Shown: positions 32,358-42,324 of the stretch, piece after piece
How the letters are laid out: each line of letters begins with the position of its first letter
Numbering within the stretch: position 1 is the first letter of the stretch
DNA from: Terriglobia bacterium
Lineage (GTDB): Bacteria; Acidobacteriota; Polarisedimenticolia; Polarisedimenticolales; JAIQFR01
NCBI GenBank assembly: GCA_963748015.1
Contig: CAVVHE010000004.1
Location: forward strand, 1,344,001 to 1,408,000
Reading direction: 5' to 3'
DNA length: 64,000 bases
The notes under the pieces: generated by a model
The model's input: the letters and a program-made list of their open reading frames with translations, nothing else
Databases searched by the model: none
What the model was told of the DNA's origin: nothing
Translations under genes and position numbers: made by a program

Positions 32358-34127
32358 CTATCGGGGTTCCTCGAGCGCGGACATCGACAGCACCCCCGGG
32401 GCTCCGAGAAGGCCGGTCGCCCGGATCGCCGGTGCGAGAGGCTCCGACGCCCGCACCGCTTGCATCAGAAGCGCCGCTGCGGCCTGGGCCTCGCTGCTGT
32501 CGCGCCCCTTGTCGAGGAACAGGTCGAGCGTGGACTTCGGCTTCGGGAACACCTTGAGCCGCACCTTGGCGTCGGCGGGAAGGCCCGCCGCCTGCCTCGC
32601 CAGCTTGAGGGCGACCGCGAATCCGCCGAGCTCGTCCACGAGGCCGAGCCGCTTGGCGTCCTCGCCGGTCCAGATCCTCCCCTGCGCGATCTCGAGCACC
32701 TTCTCCTTCGGGAGGTTCCGCCCCGCGGCGACCTTCCCGGTGAAGTCCTCGTAGACGCGATCGAGCCAGCCCTGGAATCTCGACCACTCCTGCGCGGTGT
32801 AGTCGTGGAGCCCGCTCCACATCGTGCCGGGCGCGCTCGTGTGGACCTCGTCCCACGTCAGGCCGAGCTTGTCGTAGAGCCCCTTGGTGACCATCTTGCC
32901 GCCGAGGACTCCGATGGACGCCGTGATGGTCCCCGGCTGGGCGACGATCTTGTCCGCAGCCATCGCGACGAAGTAGCCGCCCGATCCCGCGACGTCGCCC
33001 ATCGAGACGATGACCGGCTTCTTGGCCGCCTTGGCTCGAAGGGTCTCTCGATAGATGGAGTCCGACGCGACGTAGGAGCCGCCGGGACTGTCCACGCGGA
33101 ACAGGATCGCCTTGACGTCCTTGTCCTCGATCGCCGCGCGGAACGCCGCGGTGACCGTGTCCGAGCCCATCGAGGCGCCCCCGAACAGGGGGCTGTAGCC
33201 GCTTGCTCCCCGCCCCACGCCGCCGACGCCGTAGATCAGGGCGATCGCCGTCCCCTTCTCGTGCGGCCGGCCGGCGCGATCGAGATACACGTTGAGGTAG
33301 AGGAGCTTCGCGCCCTCTCCCGCCCGCTTCGTCTCGCCCCCGTACACCTCGTCCCGGTAGGAAAGCGCATCCACGAGCTTCGCGTCCTTCGCCTCCTTGC
33401 CGAGGAACGGCCCTCGATCGAACAGCGCCCGGACCTCCTGCTCGGGAATCTTCCGCCCCTTCGAGATGCCGGCGACCATCTGGTCGAACATGGACCCGAG
33501 GAGCTTCGAAGTCGCCTCGCGGTGGGCGTCGGTGTACTTCGTCTCGGTGAACATGTTCATCGCGTTCTTGTAGTCCTTCCGGTGGTCCATCCGCGGGACG
33601 ATGCCGAGCTTGTCCAGGGACCCCTTCAGGAACGGCGCCTCCGACATCAGCCCGGTGAGCCCGATGTCGCCCGAGGGCTGCAGGTGGATCTCGTCGAAGG
33701 CGCTGGCGAGGTAGTAACCCACGTTCCCGGGCCCGAACTCGCCGAACGTATCCGCCCAGGCGACCGCGCGCTTCCCCTTGGCTCGAAACGCCAGGACCGC
33801 GTCCCGGACCTCCTGCGCCTGCGCGAGACCCGGTCCCGTGCCGCCGACCTTCGCGATGAAAGCGACGACCCGCTTGTCTTCGGCCGCCCGCTCGAGGGCC
33901 TCCACCACGTCCCGGACGACGGGCGCCTTCCCCAACATCGCCTTCGCGACCGGGTCGTCGGGGACGTACTCCACGAAGTCCTGCTCCAGGTCGGCCTCCA
34001 GGATCGTCTTGGAAGGCACGCCGCCCTTGCCGGCCCACGACACGAGACCGATCATCAGCGCGACCACCGCGACCACGAGCGCGAGCCCGCCCACCGTCGC
34101 GAGCACCCCCACGAGAAACCGTTTCAT
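32358..34127 (-). CDS. sppA: Signal peptide peptidase SppA (long form)
   Basis: YYLASAFDEI, YKNA, RVDSPGGS, SMGDVAGSGGY, QGRIWTG..GLVDELGG. Confidence 0.95.
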   Translation of the reverse strand: MKRFLVGVLATVGGLALVVAVVALMIGLVSWAGKGGVPSKTILEADLEQDFVEYVPDDPVAKAMLGKAPVVRDVVEALERAAEDKRVVAFIAKVGGTGPGLAQAQEVRDAVLAFRAKGKRAVAWADTFGEFGPGNVGYYLASAFDEIHLQPSGDIGLTGLMSEAPFLKGSLDKLGIVPRMDHRKDYKNAMNMFTETKYTDAHREATSKLLGSMFDQMVAGISKGRKIPEQEVRALFDRGPFLGKEAKDAKLVDALSYRDEVYGGETKRAGEGAKLLYLNVYLDRAGRPHEKGTAIALIYGVGGVGRGASGYSPLFGGASMGSDTVTAAFRAAIEDKDVKAILFRVDSPGGSYVASDSIYRETLRAKAAKKPVIVSMGDVAGSGGYFVAMAADKIVAQPGTITASIGVLGGKMVTKGLYDKLGLTWDEVHTSAPGTMWSGLHDYTAQEWSRFQGWLDRVYEDFTGKVAAGRNLPKEKVLEIAQGRIWTGEDAKRLGLVDELGGFAVALKLARQAAGLPADAKVRLKVFPKPKSTLDLFLDKGRDSSEAQAAAALLMQAVRASEPLAPAIRATGLLGAPGVLSMSALEEPR

Positions 34128-34268
34128 GACTTCCCTCCGCCGTCCTCGGGACGGCCCGTCCACCGTTCCAGCCCGCCAGTTTCTACGGGAATCGCGCGCG
34201 AGAGTTCACCCGCGCGGCCGGGCTTATACTAATGCCCGAAACGCCGTTCCCCGCGGGAGAACGTCAAG

Positions 34269-35327
34269 ATGAGCCGCACCCACTCGCCGCTCCACTGCTT
34301 CCTGCCCCCGTACATCCTCCGCGAAATCGTTCGCCGGGGCAGTCCCGACCAGCAGGCGTGGGCATGGCACGCCCTCGAGGTCTCGGAGCAGTTCCGCGGC
34401 GAGCGGAGGGCGCTCGGAGCGCTCGCCGCAGCGGCCGCCACCCCGGCCGGGGCGAAGCGCCGGAGCGTCTACGATGCCGGGGGCGGGCGCGCGCTCCCGG
34501 GCACGCTGGTGCGCTCGGAGGGCGACCCGCGGTCGAAGGACCCGGCGGTCAACGAGGCCTACGAAGGGGCGGGAGCGACCTGGGACCTGTTCTTCGAGGC
34601 GTACGGACGGAACTCGATCGACGATCGCGGCATGCGGCTCGATTCCACCGTGCATTTCGGGCAGCGCTACGACAACGCCTTCTGGAACGGCCAGCAGATG
34701 GTATACGGCGACGGGGACGGGCAGATCTTCCGCCGCTTCACCCGGTCGCTCGAGGTGATCGCTCACGAGCTGGCGCACGGCGTGTCCCAGTTCGAGGCGG
34801 GGTTCGTCTATCACGGGGAATCCGGCGCGCTCTCCGAGCACTTCTCCGACGTGTTCGGCATCCTCGTCCGTCAGCGCAGGCGCAAGGAGAGAGCGCAGGA
34901 CTCCGACTGGATCGTCGGGAAGGGGCTGTTCCTCCCGAAAGTCAGGGGCGTGGGCATCCGGTCCATGAAGGCGCCGGGCACCGCCTATGACGACCCGGTC
35001 CTCGGCAAGGACCCCCAGCCGGGGCACATGCGGGACTACGTCGAGACGTGGGACGACAACGGCGGCGTGCACATCAACTCCGGGATCCCGAACCGCGCCT
35101 TCTACGAGGCGGCGGCGAGAATCGGCGGTTACCCCTGGGAGCGGGCCGGCCGGATCTGGTACGTCGCGCTCCGCGACCGCCTTCGCCCGAAGTCGGTTTT
35201 CCGCGACGCGGCGGCCGCGACGATCGCCGTTGCCGTGGAACTGTACGGATTGAAGAGCGCCGAGAGCGCGGCGGTGCGCGAAGGATGGGCCGCGGTGGGT
35301 GTTGCGCCCGCGAGGCGGTCGCGATGA
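34269..35327 (+). CDS. Protealysin-like M4 metallopeptidase
   Basis: Propeptide FLPPYIL; NAFWNG; HELAH; ESGALSE; DNGGVHINSGIPN. Confidence 0.93.
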   Translation: MSRTHSPLHCFLPPYILREIVRRGSPDQQAWAWHALEVSEQFRGERRALGALAAAAATPAGAKRRSVYDAGGGRALPGTLVRSEGDPRSKDPAVNEAYEGAGATWDLFFEAYGRNSIDDRGMRLDSTVHFGQRYDNAFWNGQQMVYGDGDGQIFRRFTRSLEVIAHELAHGVSQFEAGFVYHGESGALSEHFSDVFGILVRQRRRKERAQDSDWIVGKGLFLPKVRGVGIRSMKAPGTAYDDPVLGKDPQPGHMRDYVETWDDNGGVHINSGIPNRAFYEAAARIGGYPWERAGRIWYVALRDRLRPKSVFRDAAAATIAVAVELYGLKSAESAAVREGWAAVGVAPARRSR

Positions 35328-35629
35328 AGGTGCGGCTCGTGCGGTCGGGAGGGATCGCGGGAATGCGCCTCGCGACGGAGGCCGACTCTTCCCGGCTTCC
35401 CGACGAGGGCGCGAGGAGCCTCGCCCGCCTCGTCGAAGACTCGGGCGTCCTCTTGCTCCCCCCCGGTGCGGCCGCTCCCCCGTCCGGACCGGACCGATTC
35501 GCCTACCGCGTCACCGTCGAGACCGAGGGGGGCGAGCACACCGTCGAGATCGCCGAGGAGGACGTGACGCCGGCGCTCGAGCCGCTGATCGACTGGCTCG
35601 TCTCCCGCGCGCGCGACGGGACCGCGTAG
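35324..35629 (+). CDS. Protealysin inhibitor (emfourin-like)
   Basis: ATGA overlap with the protease; RSGGIAG..PDRFAYRVTVE..L..LIDWL. Confidence 0.88.
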   Translation: MKVRLVRSGGIAGMRLATEADSSRLPDEGARSLARLVEDSGVLLLPPGAAAPPSGPDRFAYRVTVETEGGEHTVEIAEEDVTPALEPLIDWLVSRARDGTA

Positions 35630-35638
35630 CCTCTCGCG

Positions 35639-36037
35639 CTAGCCCGCGCCGCGGTCGCCTGCGGCGGCCTCGGCCGGGAGGCCCTCGAGGTCGGCGATCA
35701 CGTCGCGGAGGGTCAGCAGATCCGCGTCCTCGACGGGATAGACCAGCACGCCGCAGACCGCGCCCTTCAGCGAGTCCGGCGTGACGTGCATGACGAGCAG
35801 GTCCGCGCGAAAAGCCCGCCTGCCAACGCGCACGGTCGCGCCGTCGAGCCGGCTCCCCGGCTCGAGGCCCGGCAGCTCGTGGGCGAGCACCATGGAGAGC
35901 CCCGAAGCGCTCAGGTCCCGGATCGGCATCGTGCAGGGATGGCCATCGGGGCCGGGGTAGCCGAACTCCGCCCGAGCTTCCTCCGCGGGAGAAAGCAGGT
36001 GACGGTGGTGGTGTCTCCGGTTCGCGGGCCGCTGCAT
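35639..36037 (-). CDS. PilZ-like domain protein
   Basis: RRxxHR and DLSASGL motifs. Confidence 0.65.
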   Translation of the reverse strand: MQRPANRRHHHRHLLSPAEEARAEFGYPGPDGHPCTMPIRDLSASGLSMVLAHELPGLEPGSRLDGATVRVGRRAFRADLLVMHVTPDSLKGAVCGVLVYPVEDADLLTLRDVIADLEGLPAEAAAGDRGAG

Positions 36038-36110
36038 CCGCTCTCCCTGCTCGGCGGGGCCGAGGAAAGGAGAATCTAGTGTCCCGCCGCGGCCCGGTCC
36101 AGCGGCCGCT

Positions 36111-36602
36111 TCAATCGAGGTCTTTCGGCCGCCAGAGCCCGACCAGCCTGCCACGGACGCCGGGGCCGAGCTCTTTCCACCCCTTCACCGGGAGGGCGAT
36201 CCTCGCGAGCGCTCCGGTCGGGAGATGCTCGGCGGCGCCGGTGAGGAGGGCGAGCAGCTCCTCGATTCCCGGGTTGTGCCCGACGACCATCGCGGTTCGG
36301 ACGTCGGCCTCGACGGCGCGGAGGGCCGCGAGAATGTCGGCGGGACTCGCGAGGTAGAGACCCCGGAGGAAACGCGTCTCCCCCGAGAACCCGGAAGCCT
36401 CGGACGTAGCCTCCGCGGTTTCCCTGGCGCGCTCGGCCGTGGAGCAGAGCACGACGTCGGGGAGGAGCTTCTCGTCGCGAAGGAGCCGTCCCATTCGGGG
36501 GGCATCGCGACGCCCGCGCTTGTTGAGCGGCCGGTCGTGGTCGTCGAGCCCCGGATCGTCCCAGCTCGACTTGGCGTGCCGCAGCAGCAGCAAGGTCTTC
36601 AC
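36111..36602 (-). CDS. SixA-like histidine phosphatase
   Basis: LLRHAKSSW, DHDRPLN, STAERARET, VGHNPG. Confidence 0.9.
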   Translation of the reverse strand: MKTLLLLRHAKSSWDDPGLDDHDRPLNKRGRRDAPRMGRLLRDEKLLPDVVLCSTAERARETAEATSEASGFSGETRFLRGLYLASPADILAALRAVEADVRTAMVVGHNPGIEELLALLTGAAEHLPTGALARIALPVKGWKELGPGVRGRLVGLWRPKDLD

Positions 36603-36813
36603 TTTCCCCTCAATCCCCGAGGCTCGCCAAGAGCGCCCCCAAACCCAGAATACCCCGACACGCGCCGATTCCCGCCCGCTCGGGGACTTCTGCATCATTC
36701 TCGGCCATTCCCGTATGGTTCTCGCACACTCTTCTCGGTATCATTAGAGCATCCGGCACCAAGTCCAGCGAGCAGCCTCTTGGGGCTGCCGAAGAAGAAG
36801 AGGAGAAGATCTC

Positions 36814-37518
36814 ATGCGAATCCGTCTCGCTAGCCTCTGCGCGGCGCTTCTGGCGCTAGGCGTGGCGTGGCTCGGGGCACCACCGAGTCATGCCTTCAGC
36901 TCGCCGCCGATGAACCTGGCCGACCTGGTCCGGCACTCATCGGCGATCGTCGTCGGCACGGTCTCGGGCGTGACCCAGTCCGCGGAGCCCGGGAAGCTGC
37001 CGTACACCCAGATCCAGGTGAAGGTCTCCGAGACCATCACCGGGCGCCGCGCGCCGGACGGGACGCTGACGTTCCGGCAGTTCGGCCTCCAGACTCCCCT
37101 GCCGGCCGCGAACGGCCGGAAGTTCGTCGGCCTCGTCGCGGGGATGCCGACCTACCAGACCGGCGACCAGGTCGTGCTGTTCCTGGGCCGCATCTCGAGC
37201 ATCGGACTCCGGACGACGGCCGGCCTGCAGCAGGGCAAGTTCGTCGCCCGCGCAGGCAACCTCCAGAACGAGGCCAACAACAGCGGGTTGTTCCAGAACG
37301 TCTCGTTCGCCGGAAGGACCTTGAACGACAAGGAGCTGGCGATGGTCGAGACGAAGCAAGGGGCCGTGGCTACCGACACGTTCCTCGGCCTCGTCCGGCG
37401 CGCCGTGAACGAGCACTGGTTCGATACGGCGCAGCCCCCGAGGCCCGGGCAGCCGAAGCCCAACCCGGGCTCGCCCACGGGCCCGAAGCGGATCGCCCCG
37501 GTGGGGGTGACGCCATGA
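36814..37518 (+). CDS. Secreted hypothetical protein
   Basis: AGGAG RBS, signal peptide; LADLV..S..IVVGTV..GMPTY..G..VVLFL..GL.QGKF. Confidence 0.85.
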   Translation: MRIRLASLCAALLALGVAWLGAPPSHAFSSPPMNLADLVRHSSAIVVGTVSGVTQSAEPGKLPYTQIQVKVSETITGRRAPDGTLTFRQFGLQTPLPAANGRKFVGLVAGMPTYQTGDQVVLFLGRISSIGLRTTAGLQQGKFVARAGNLQNEANNSGLFQNVSFAGRTLNDKELAMVETKQGAVATDTFLGLVRRAVNEHWFDTAQPPRPGQPKPNPGSPTGPKRIAPVGVTP

Positions 37519-39920
37519 CCTATCGAACCCTCTTCAAGACCCTCGCGTCGTTCGCCGCGGTGGCGGCGCTCGCCTCCACGATGGTGCTCGCGGGCGGTCC
37601 CCTCTACCTTTTCGATCCTGCCACCAAGACCCCCTACGCGTGGGCCAACGGCTACGCGCCGGTGTACACCGACCTCGGAAATCTCGGACAGCTTTCGGGT
37701 GATCAGGCCAATGCCATGGTCGCGTTCTCGATCAGCCAGTGGAACGCCGTCCCGACCTCGTCCTTCAACGGCGCGGTCGTCGGCGATTTCGCCTCCATCG
37801 GTCTACCCGACATCGACGCGTCGAACGTCCTCTCCGTTCTTGGCGCTTGGAACGGCGGCGGCGTGCACGTCATCTACGACGAGGACGGCTCGATCACCGA
37901 GGCGATCTTCGGAGACCCGTACGGCGTTCTCGGGTTCACGACCATCGAGTACGCCGCCGACGGGAGCCCCGCTCTGCTCGAGGCCACGATGATCCTCAAC
38001 GGGAGCAGGGTGCCGGAAGCGCCGTACACGTCCCCGGAAGACGCGGCGGCGATGTTCGCGGGCATGATGACCCACGAGTTCGGCCACGCGATCAACCTCG
38101 CGCACACCCAGACGAACGGGCAGATCATCAATTACTACACCCAGTTCAACGGACCGGCCGACTGCCCCACGCCCTATACGGGTGGCCCGCGGAACGACGA
38201 CCTCGAGACCATGTACCCGTACATCAACATCTACGGGTCCGGCGTCGCCGAATCCACGGTGGACGTCCTGGACGACATGGCCGCGCTGTCCGACATCTAC
38301 CCCGCCGCGGGCTGGCCGGGCGCCTATCCGTCCATCATCGGCACGATCTACGCGCCCGCGCAGTCGGGGACGAAGACCAACACTCCCTTCACGGGATCGA
38401 ACGTCGTCGCCCGGAACGTGGCGAACCCGTGGAAGGACGCGATCTCCGCGATCTCCGGCGACTTCACGCAGGGACAGGCCGGGCCGGACGGCTCCTATGC
38501 CTTCCACGGCCTGACGCCGGGGGCCTCGTACGTGGTGTACGTGAACGGGATCCTCTATGGCGCGTTCGCGACACCGGTGCCGACCGTGCTGCCGGGCCCC
38601 GAGGAGTACTGGAACGGAGCCAACGAGTCCGGCGACGGGGTCAAGGACGACCGCTGCGCGTGGCAGACGATCCAGCCGGCGGCCGGCCAGCCCGCGACCA
38701 CCGACATCGTCTTCAACAAGGTGAAGGGCGGGCCCGTCTTCACCCCGGTCGATCTACCGAACTCGGGGATTTCCGAGCTGTCCGGCGACGGGCAGGTCGC
38801 GGTCGGGTGGTGGGACGGCGGGGTGATCCGGTGGACCCCCGCTGGCGGCCCCGAGATCATCGGAGATTACTCCCGGACGCCGTCGTCCGGGATTTCCGCC
38901 GACGGCCGCACCATCGTCTCGAGCATTCTCGACGAAAACGGCTACGAGGTCGCCGCGATGTGGCAGGGCGGCCAGGACTGGCTCCCGCTCGGCAGCGTGC
39001 CGGGCAGCGAGACGTGCGACGCGTACCTGTCGAGCGCCTGGGGCGTGGCCAACAACGGGACCACGGTCGGCCTCGACTGGCTGGGCTGCACCAGCGTCAC
39101 GGCGTTCCAGTGGACGAGCGCCGGCGGGATGGTCGCTCTTCCCTCCTCCGGCCGGGGCCAGGGTAGCCGCGCCGACAAGATCTCGGCCGACGCCTCTACC
39201 ATCGTCGGCTGGGACGCCATCGAGTGGGGCGGCTGGCAAGGAGCCATCTGGCGCAACGGCCAGCAGACTCTCGTGCAGCAGGAGCCCGCGCTCTGCTGCG
39301 ACGGGGACCCGTCCTGCACGGTGGACTACGTCGGCGAGGCCAACGCGGTCAATCCCGACGGCTCCATCGTCATCGGCAGCAACTTCAACATCCCGCAGGT
39401 CTACGTGGATCCGTGGTCCGGCGACGTGTACCACTACTGCGACTCCAGCCCGTGGCGCTGGACGCCGAGCCTTGGGATGGCGACGTCCCTCGGCCAGTAC
39501 AACCCGGGCTCGGGGATCCCCGCCGACGCGTTCGACCTCAGCGACGACGGGAGCGTGATCGTCGGGCGGGCGAGCGACTGGTGGATGGGCCAGCTCACTC
39601 CTCTGCTCTGGACGTCCTCGACCGGGTGGACCGACCTCCAGGCGTTCCTGGCGGCCCAGGGCACCTCCGCCCCCGGCTGGTCGCTGTCGTCGGCCGGAAC
39701 CGTTTCCGGAGACGGGAAGACCATCGCCGGCTGGGGGTACTCCCCGTTCTCCCGGCAGGGCTGGGTCGTCCAGATGCCCAAGGTGGTGGTCTGCCACCAG
39801 CCGTCGAAGCTCCGCGCCCCTCACGAGAAGAAGCAGACCGTCGTGGTCGATTTCCCGGGGAGCCTCGCGGCGCACCTGAATCACGGAGACGTCATCGGCC
39901 TGTGCGGTGACGGTAGGTAA
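37515..39920 (+). CDS. Secreted multidomain metzincin-like peptidase with a beta-propeller
   Basis: Signal peptide; HEFGHAINLAH..ETMYP; repeats of (I/L)S.DG..IVG; C-terminal CH..AHLNHGD..G.C motif. Confidence 0.85.
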   Translation: MTYRTLFKTLASFAAVAALASTMVLAGGPLYLFDPATKTPYAWANGYAPVYTDLGNLGQLSGDQANAMVAFSISQWNAVPTSSFNGAVVGDFASIGLPDIDASNVLSVLGAWNGGGVHVIYDEDGSITEAIFGDPYGVLGFTTIEYAADGSPALLEATMILNGSRVPEAPYTSPEDAAAMFAGMMTHEFGHAINLAHTQTNGQIINYYTQFNGPADCPTPYTGGPRNDDLETMYPYINIYGSGVAESTVDVLDDMAALSDIYPAAGWPGAYPSIIGTIYAPAQSGTKTNTPFTGSNVVARNVANPWKDAISAISGDFTQGQAGPDGSYAFHGLTPGASYVVYVNGILYGAFATPVPTVLPGPEEYWNGANESGDGVKDDRCAWQTIQPAAGQPATTDIVFNKVKGGPVFTPVDLPNSGISELSGDGQVAVGWWDGGVIRWTPAGGPEIIGDYSRTPSSGISADGRTIVSSILDENGYEVAAMWQGGQDWLPLGSVPGSETCDAYLSSAWGVANNGTTVGLDWLGCTSVTAFQWTSAGGMVALPSSGRGQGSRADKISADASTIVGWDAIEWGGWQGAIWRNGQQTLVQQEPALCCDGDPSCTVDYVGEANAVNPDGSIVIGSNFNIPQVYVDPWSGDVYHYCDSSPWRWTPSLGMATSLGQYNPGSGIPADAFDLSDDGSVIVGRASDWWMGQLTPLLWTSSTGWTDLQAFLAAQGTSAPGWSLSSAGTVSGDGKTIAGWGYSPFSRQGWVVQMPKVVVCHQPSKLRAPHEKKQTVVVDFPGSLAAHLNHGDVIGLCGDGR

Positions 39921-39959
39921 CCCGAGAGACGATCCAGGATAGAAGTCTTTGCGATCGAG

Positions 39960-39990
39960 CTGCCCGCCGGGCCCATGGCCCGGCGGGCAG
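39960..39990. terminator. Perfect 14-bp stem hairpin between convergent ORFs
   Basis: CTGCCCGCCGGGCC-CAT-GGCCCGGCGGGCAG; no U-tail. Confidence 0.45.
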
Positions 39991-40086
39991 TGGCGTTCTC
40001 GGCGAGCACCAGGCCGTCACGCCAACCCCACGTTGGATTGTCGGGTACCGACGAAGTAAGTCGATCTCACCCGCCCACAAGTCGGG

Positions 40087-40326
40087 CTACAACCCCGTGG
40101 CGACGAAGTCCTTGAAGCCGAAATCGACGTTCGTGCTCCCCACGCCGTAGTTGAACCCCACGCCGGGATTCCCCGCGCTGAACGTACTGTCGGTGGCGCT
40201 GATGACCTCCACCCCGTTGATGTATCCCCTGATGACGTTCCCGACGACCGTGGCCTTCACGACGTCTCCGTCCTGCACGCCGTAGTTCGCCCCGTACGTC
40301 GGCCCGGCGATCGTGGTGAAATCGCC
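40087..40326 (-). pseudogene. 3' fragment of a beta-rich (probably secreted) protein gene
   Basis: DGDVVKATVVGNVIRGYINGVEVISATDSTFSAGNPGVGF has coding-like codon use, while the in-frame sequence upstream does not look coding. Confidence 0.55.
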
Positions 40327-40553
40327 TGCGAGCGTGGGTGCCGGCGAAGCGGAGATCCGGGCAATGGGCAACTGGAAGGGTGGCCGGAGGTCGCGCGTCA
40401 CGCAAAGAACCCGCGCGATTCGATCCAACTGTGGTGCGACGAAGGGGGCCGCGCTCCTCGGGCGTGGCCACAGCATGACCGCACCCCAGGAGAAGGTCGA
40501 GGACACGGCCGCTAGGGCCTCGCCGGTATCTGCCTTTTTGTCAGATGCTTAGG

Positions 40554-40629
40554 TGGTGGAGCTGGAGGGAATCGAACCCTCGACCCCTTGACTGCCAGTC
40601 AAGTACTCTCCCAGCTGAGCTACAGCCCC
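40554..40629 (-). tRNA. tRNA-Ala(GGC)
   Basis: GGGGCTGTAGCTCAGCTGGGAGAG..CTTGACTGGCAGTCAAG..GGTTCGATTCC..CAGCTCCACCA; 76 nt. Confidence 0.97.
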
Positions 40630-40743
40630 ACACTCGCGGGCGCCGAGGGCCGCCCGATCACCTGCGGAGATTACCATACCGAGCCAGCCGATTCAAACCC
40701 GCGGCGACCCGCAACGCGTGCGATACAATGGCGCCCCGATCGT

Positions 40744-40841
40744 GGAAGCGCATGGGGCCCGGTGGCCCTCCCGGTCTTCAAAACCGCGTGTCGGGCGGCT
40801 TCGCCGTCCGAGGTGGGTTCGACTCCCACTCGCTTCCGCCA
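40744..40841 (+). tRNA. selC: tRNA-Sec(UCA)
   Basis: GGAAGCG 5' end, anticodon arm CGGT-CTTCAAA-ACCG, long variable arm TCGGGCGG-CTTCG-CCGTCCGA, GGTTCGACTCC, 3' end CGCTTCCGCCA. Confidence 0.95.
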
Positions 40842-40876
40842 GGCCCGCCACCCGGCCGACGAGACCGACGAATCGC

Positions 40877-41552
40877 CTAGCGGTAGAGGCTCAGGGTCCG
40901 CGTCGCGTCGCTCTCGATCACGCCGTAGATCGACGGGAGCGACGAGACGTCGCGCCCTCCGACCGTGACGGTGCCGGAGGCGACCGCGCTGCGAATCGTG
41001 CCGGTCGAGTTGGAGACGAAGTGCTGGGTGCCGGTGTCGTATCTCACGTGGTCGGTGGTGCGATCCGGCTGGCCCACGCCGTTCCACACGAGGTCCACCG
41101 CGATGAGCACCGGATCGCCGTAGATCCCGTCCCGCCCCTCGAAGGAAGCCCGCAGGCTCGCCGACTTTCGGTTCGGACTGACGTGAAGATCCTCCACCGG
41201 GCCGCTTCCGATGGCGATCATCAGCGGCAGCTGCGCACACCGGTCGTACACGGTGGCGATCACCGAGACGAGGCTCGATTCGGTGACGTCGCCGTTCGTG
41301 TCGATGACCCCACGGGCGGCGTGGACGATGGTGATGGTCTCGACTCCGAGATCGCAGTAGCTCGTGTCGACGCTGACGAACTCGGTCGTGACGCCGTCGC
41401 CCTGGACGCGATAGTGCAGGATCTCGCGCTCCCCGCTGGGCGCGTCGCTCGGTTCCACCGCGCGGAGGGGAGCGATGTCGCGCCCCTGAGCCGGGACGCC
41501 GCACATGGCGGCGACGCAGGCGATCAGCACCGCAAATGCACAGTTTCTTCAT
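40877..41552 (-). CDS. Secreted hypothetical protein with a frameshift in the signal peptide
   Basis: GAGGAGG RBS and ATG 41552; removing one T at 41534-41536 gives MKKLCIAVLIACVAAMCG continuous with the 217-aa ORF. Confidence 0.7.
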
Positions 41553-41809
41553 GATTCGATGCCCCTCCTCGGAAAGAGCCCGCCGTGAATATACGCCCAC
41601 CTGGGGCCGCGCGCGCACACCCCCGCCCTTCCTCGGTCACCCTGACGCATGGAGCGGACGCTGCGGTATCTTCCCGGCCGACGGTGGTGAGACCGGCGCC
41701 GGGGCGGCGGAAACGAGACCGGCCCCGGCTGGTTTCCGCGGAGCCGATCCGTCCGGGGGGGCCGTGCCGAACGCCGCGAGGACCCGGGGCTTCGATCCGA
41801 CGCCCCCTC

Positions 41810-42152
41810 GGCTCGCGTCGCGCGCGAGGCGCTTCGGCGCCCGGGACGCCCGCCCCATCCGCACCTCGACGATCGTCGCGGCGGCAAGCGCCCGGATCGA
41901 GTGCCGGTTCGGCCGCGACGGGTACGGTGCCTCGCGTCGCTGCCCGCCTCACACTCCCGACGTCGACGAGATGCGGAAGGTGCTGGACGGGCATCGCCGC
42001 GCCATCCTGTTCGAGGCCGGAGGGCGCGGGCCTCGCTCGAGGCGTGCGGCGTCGACGTTCACGCGACCGCGCGGCGGAACGCCCTCATGATCGAGGTGGT
42101 GCGGGACGAGACCGAGTCGGCGCACCACTTCGGCGTGGTGCTTCTCGACTGA
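41810..42152 (+). pseudogene. DUF2284-like metal-binding protein pseudogene
   Basis: ARRFGARDARPIRTSTIV..ECRFGRDGYG..CPPHTP..MRKVL..RRAILF joined out of frame to SLEACGVDVHATARRN..IEVV..FGVVLLD; no start codon found. Confidence 0.65.
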
Positions 42153-42324
42153 TCGCGCCCCGGCCGCCCCGGCCCGTCGCCCGGCGTCCCCGGATCGGCC
42201 GGAAGTTGTTGTATCTTCTCGCCCGGCCGCCGTGCGGCGGGCGACCCGGGAGCGGACGGTGATCCCGCGCCCGGATGCCGCCCGGAAAGGCGGGCCCGAA
42301 GTCCGCGACGGCGGAACCGAGGAG

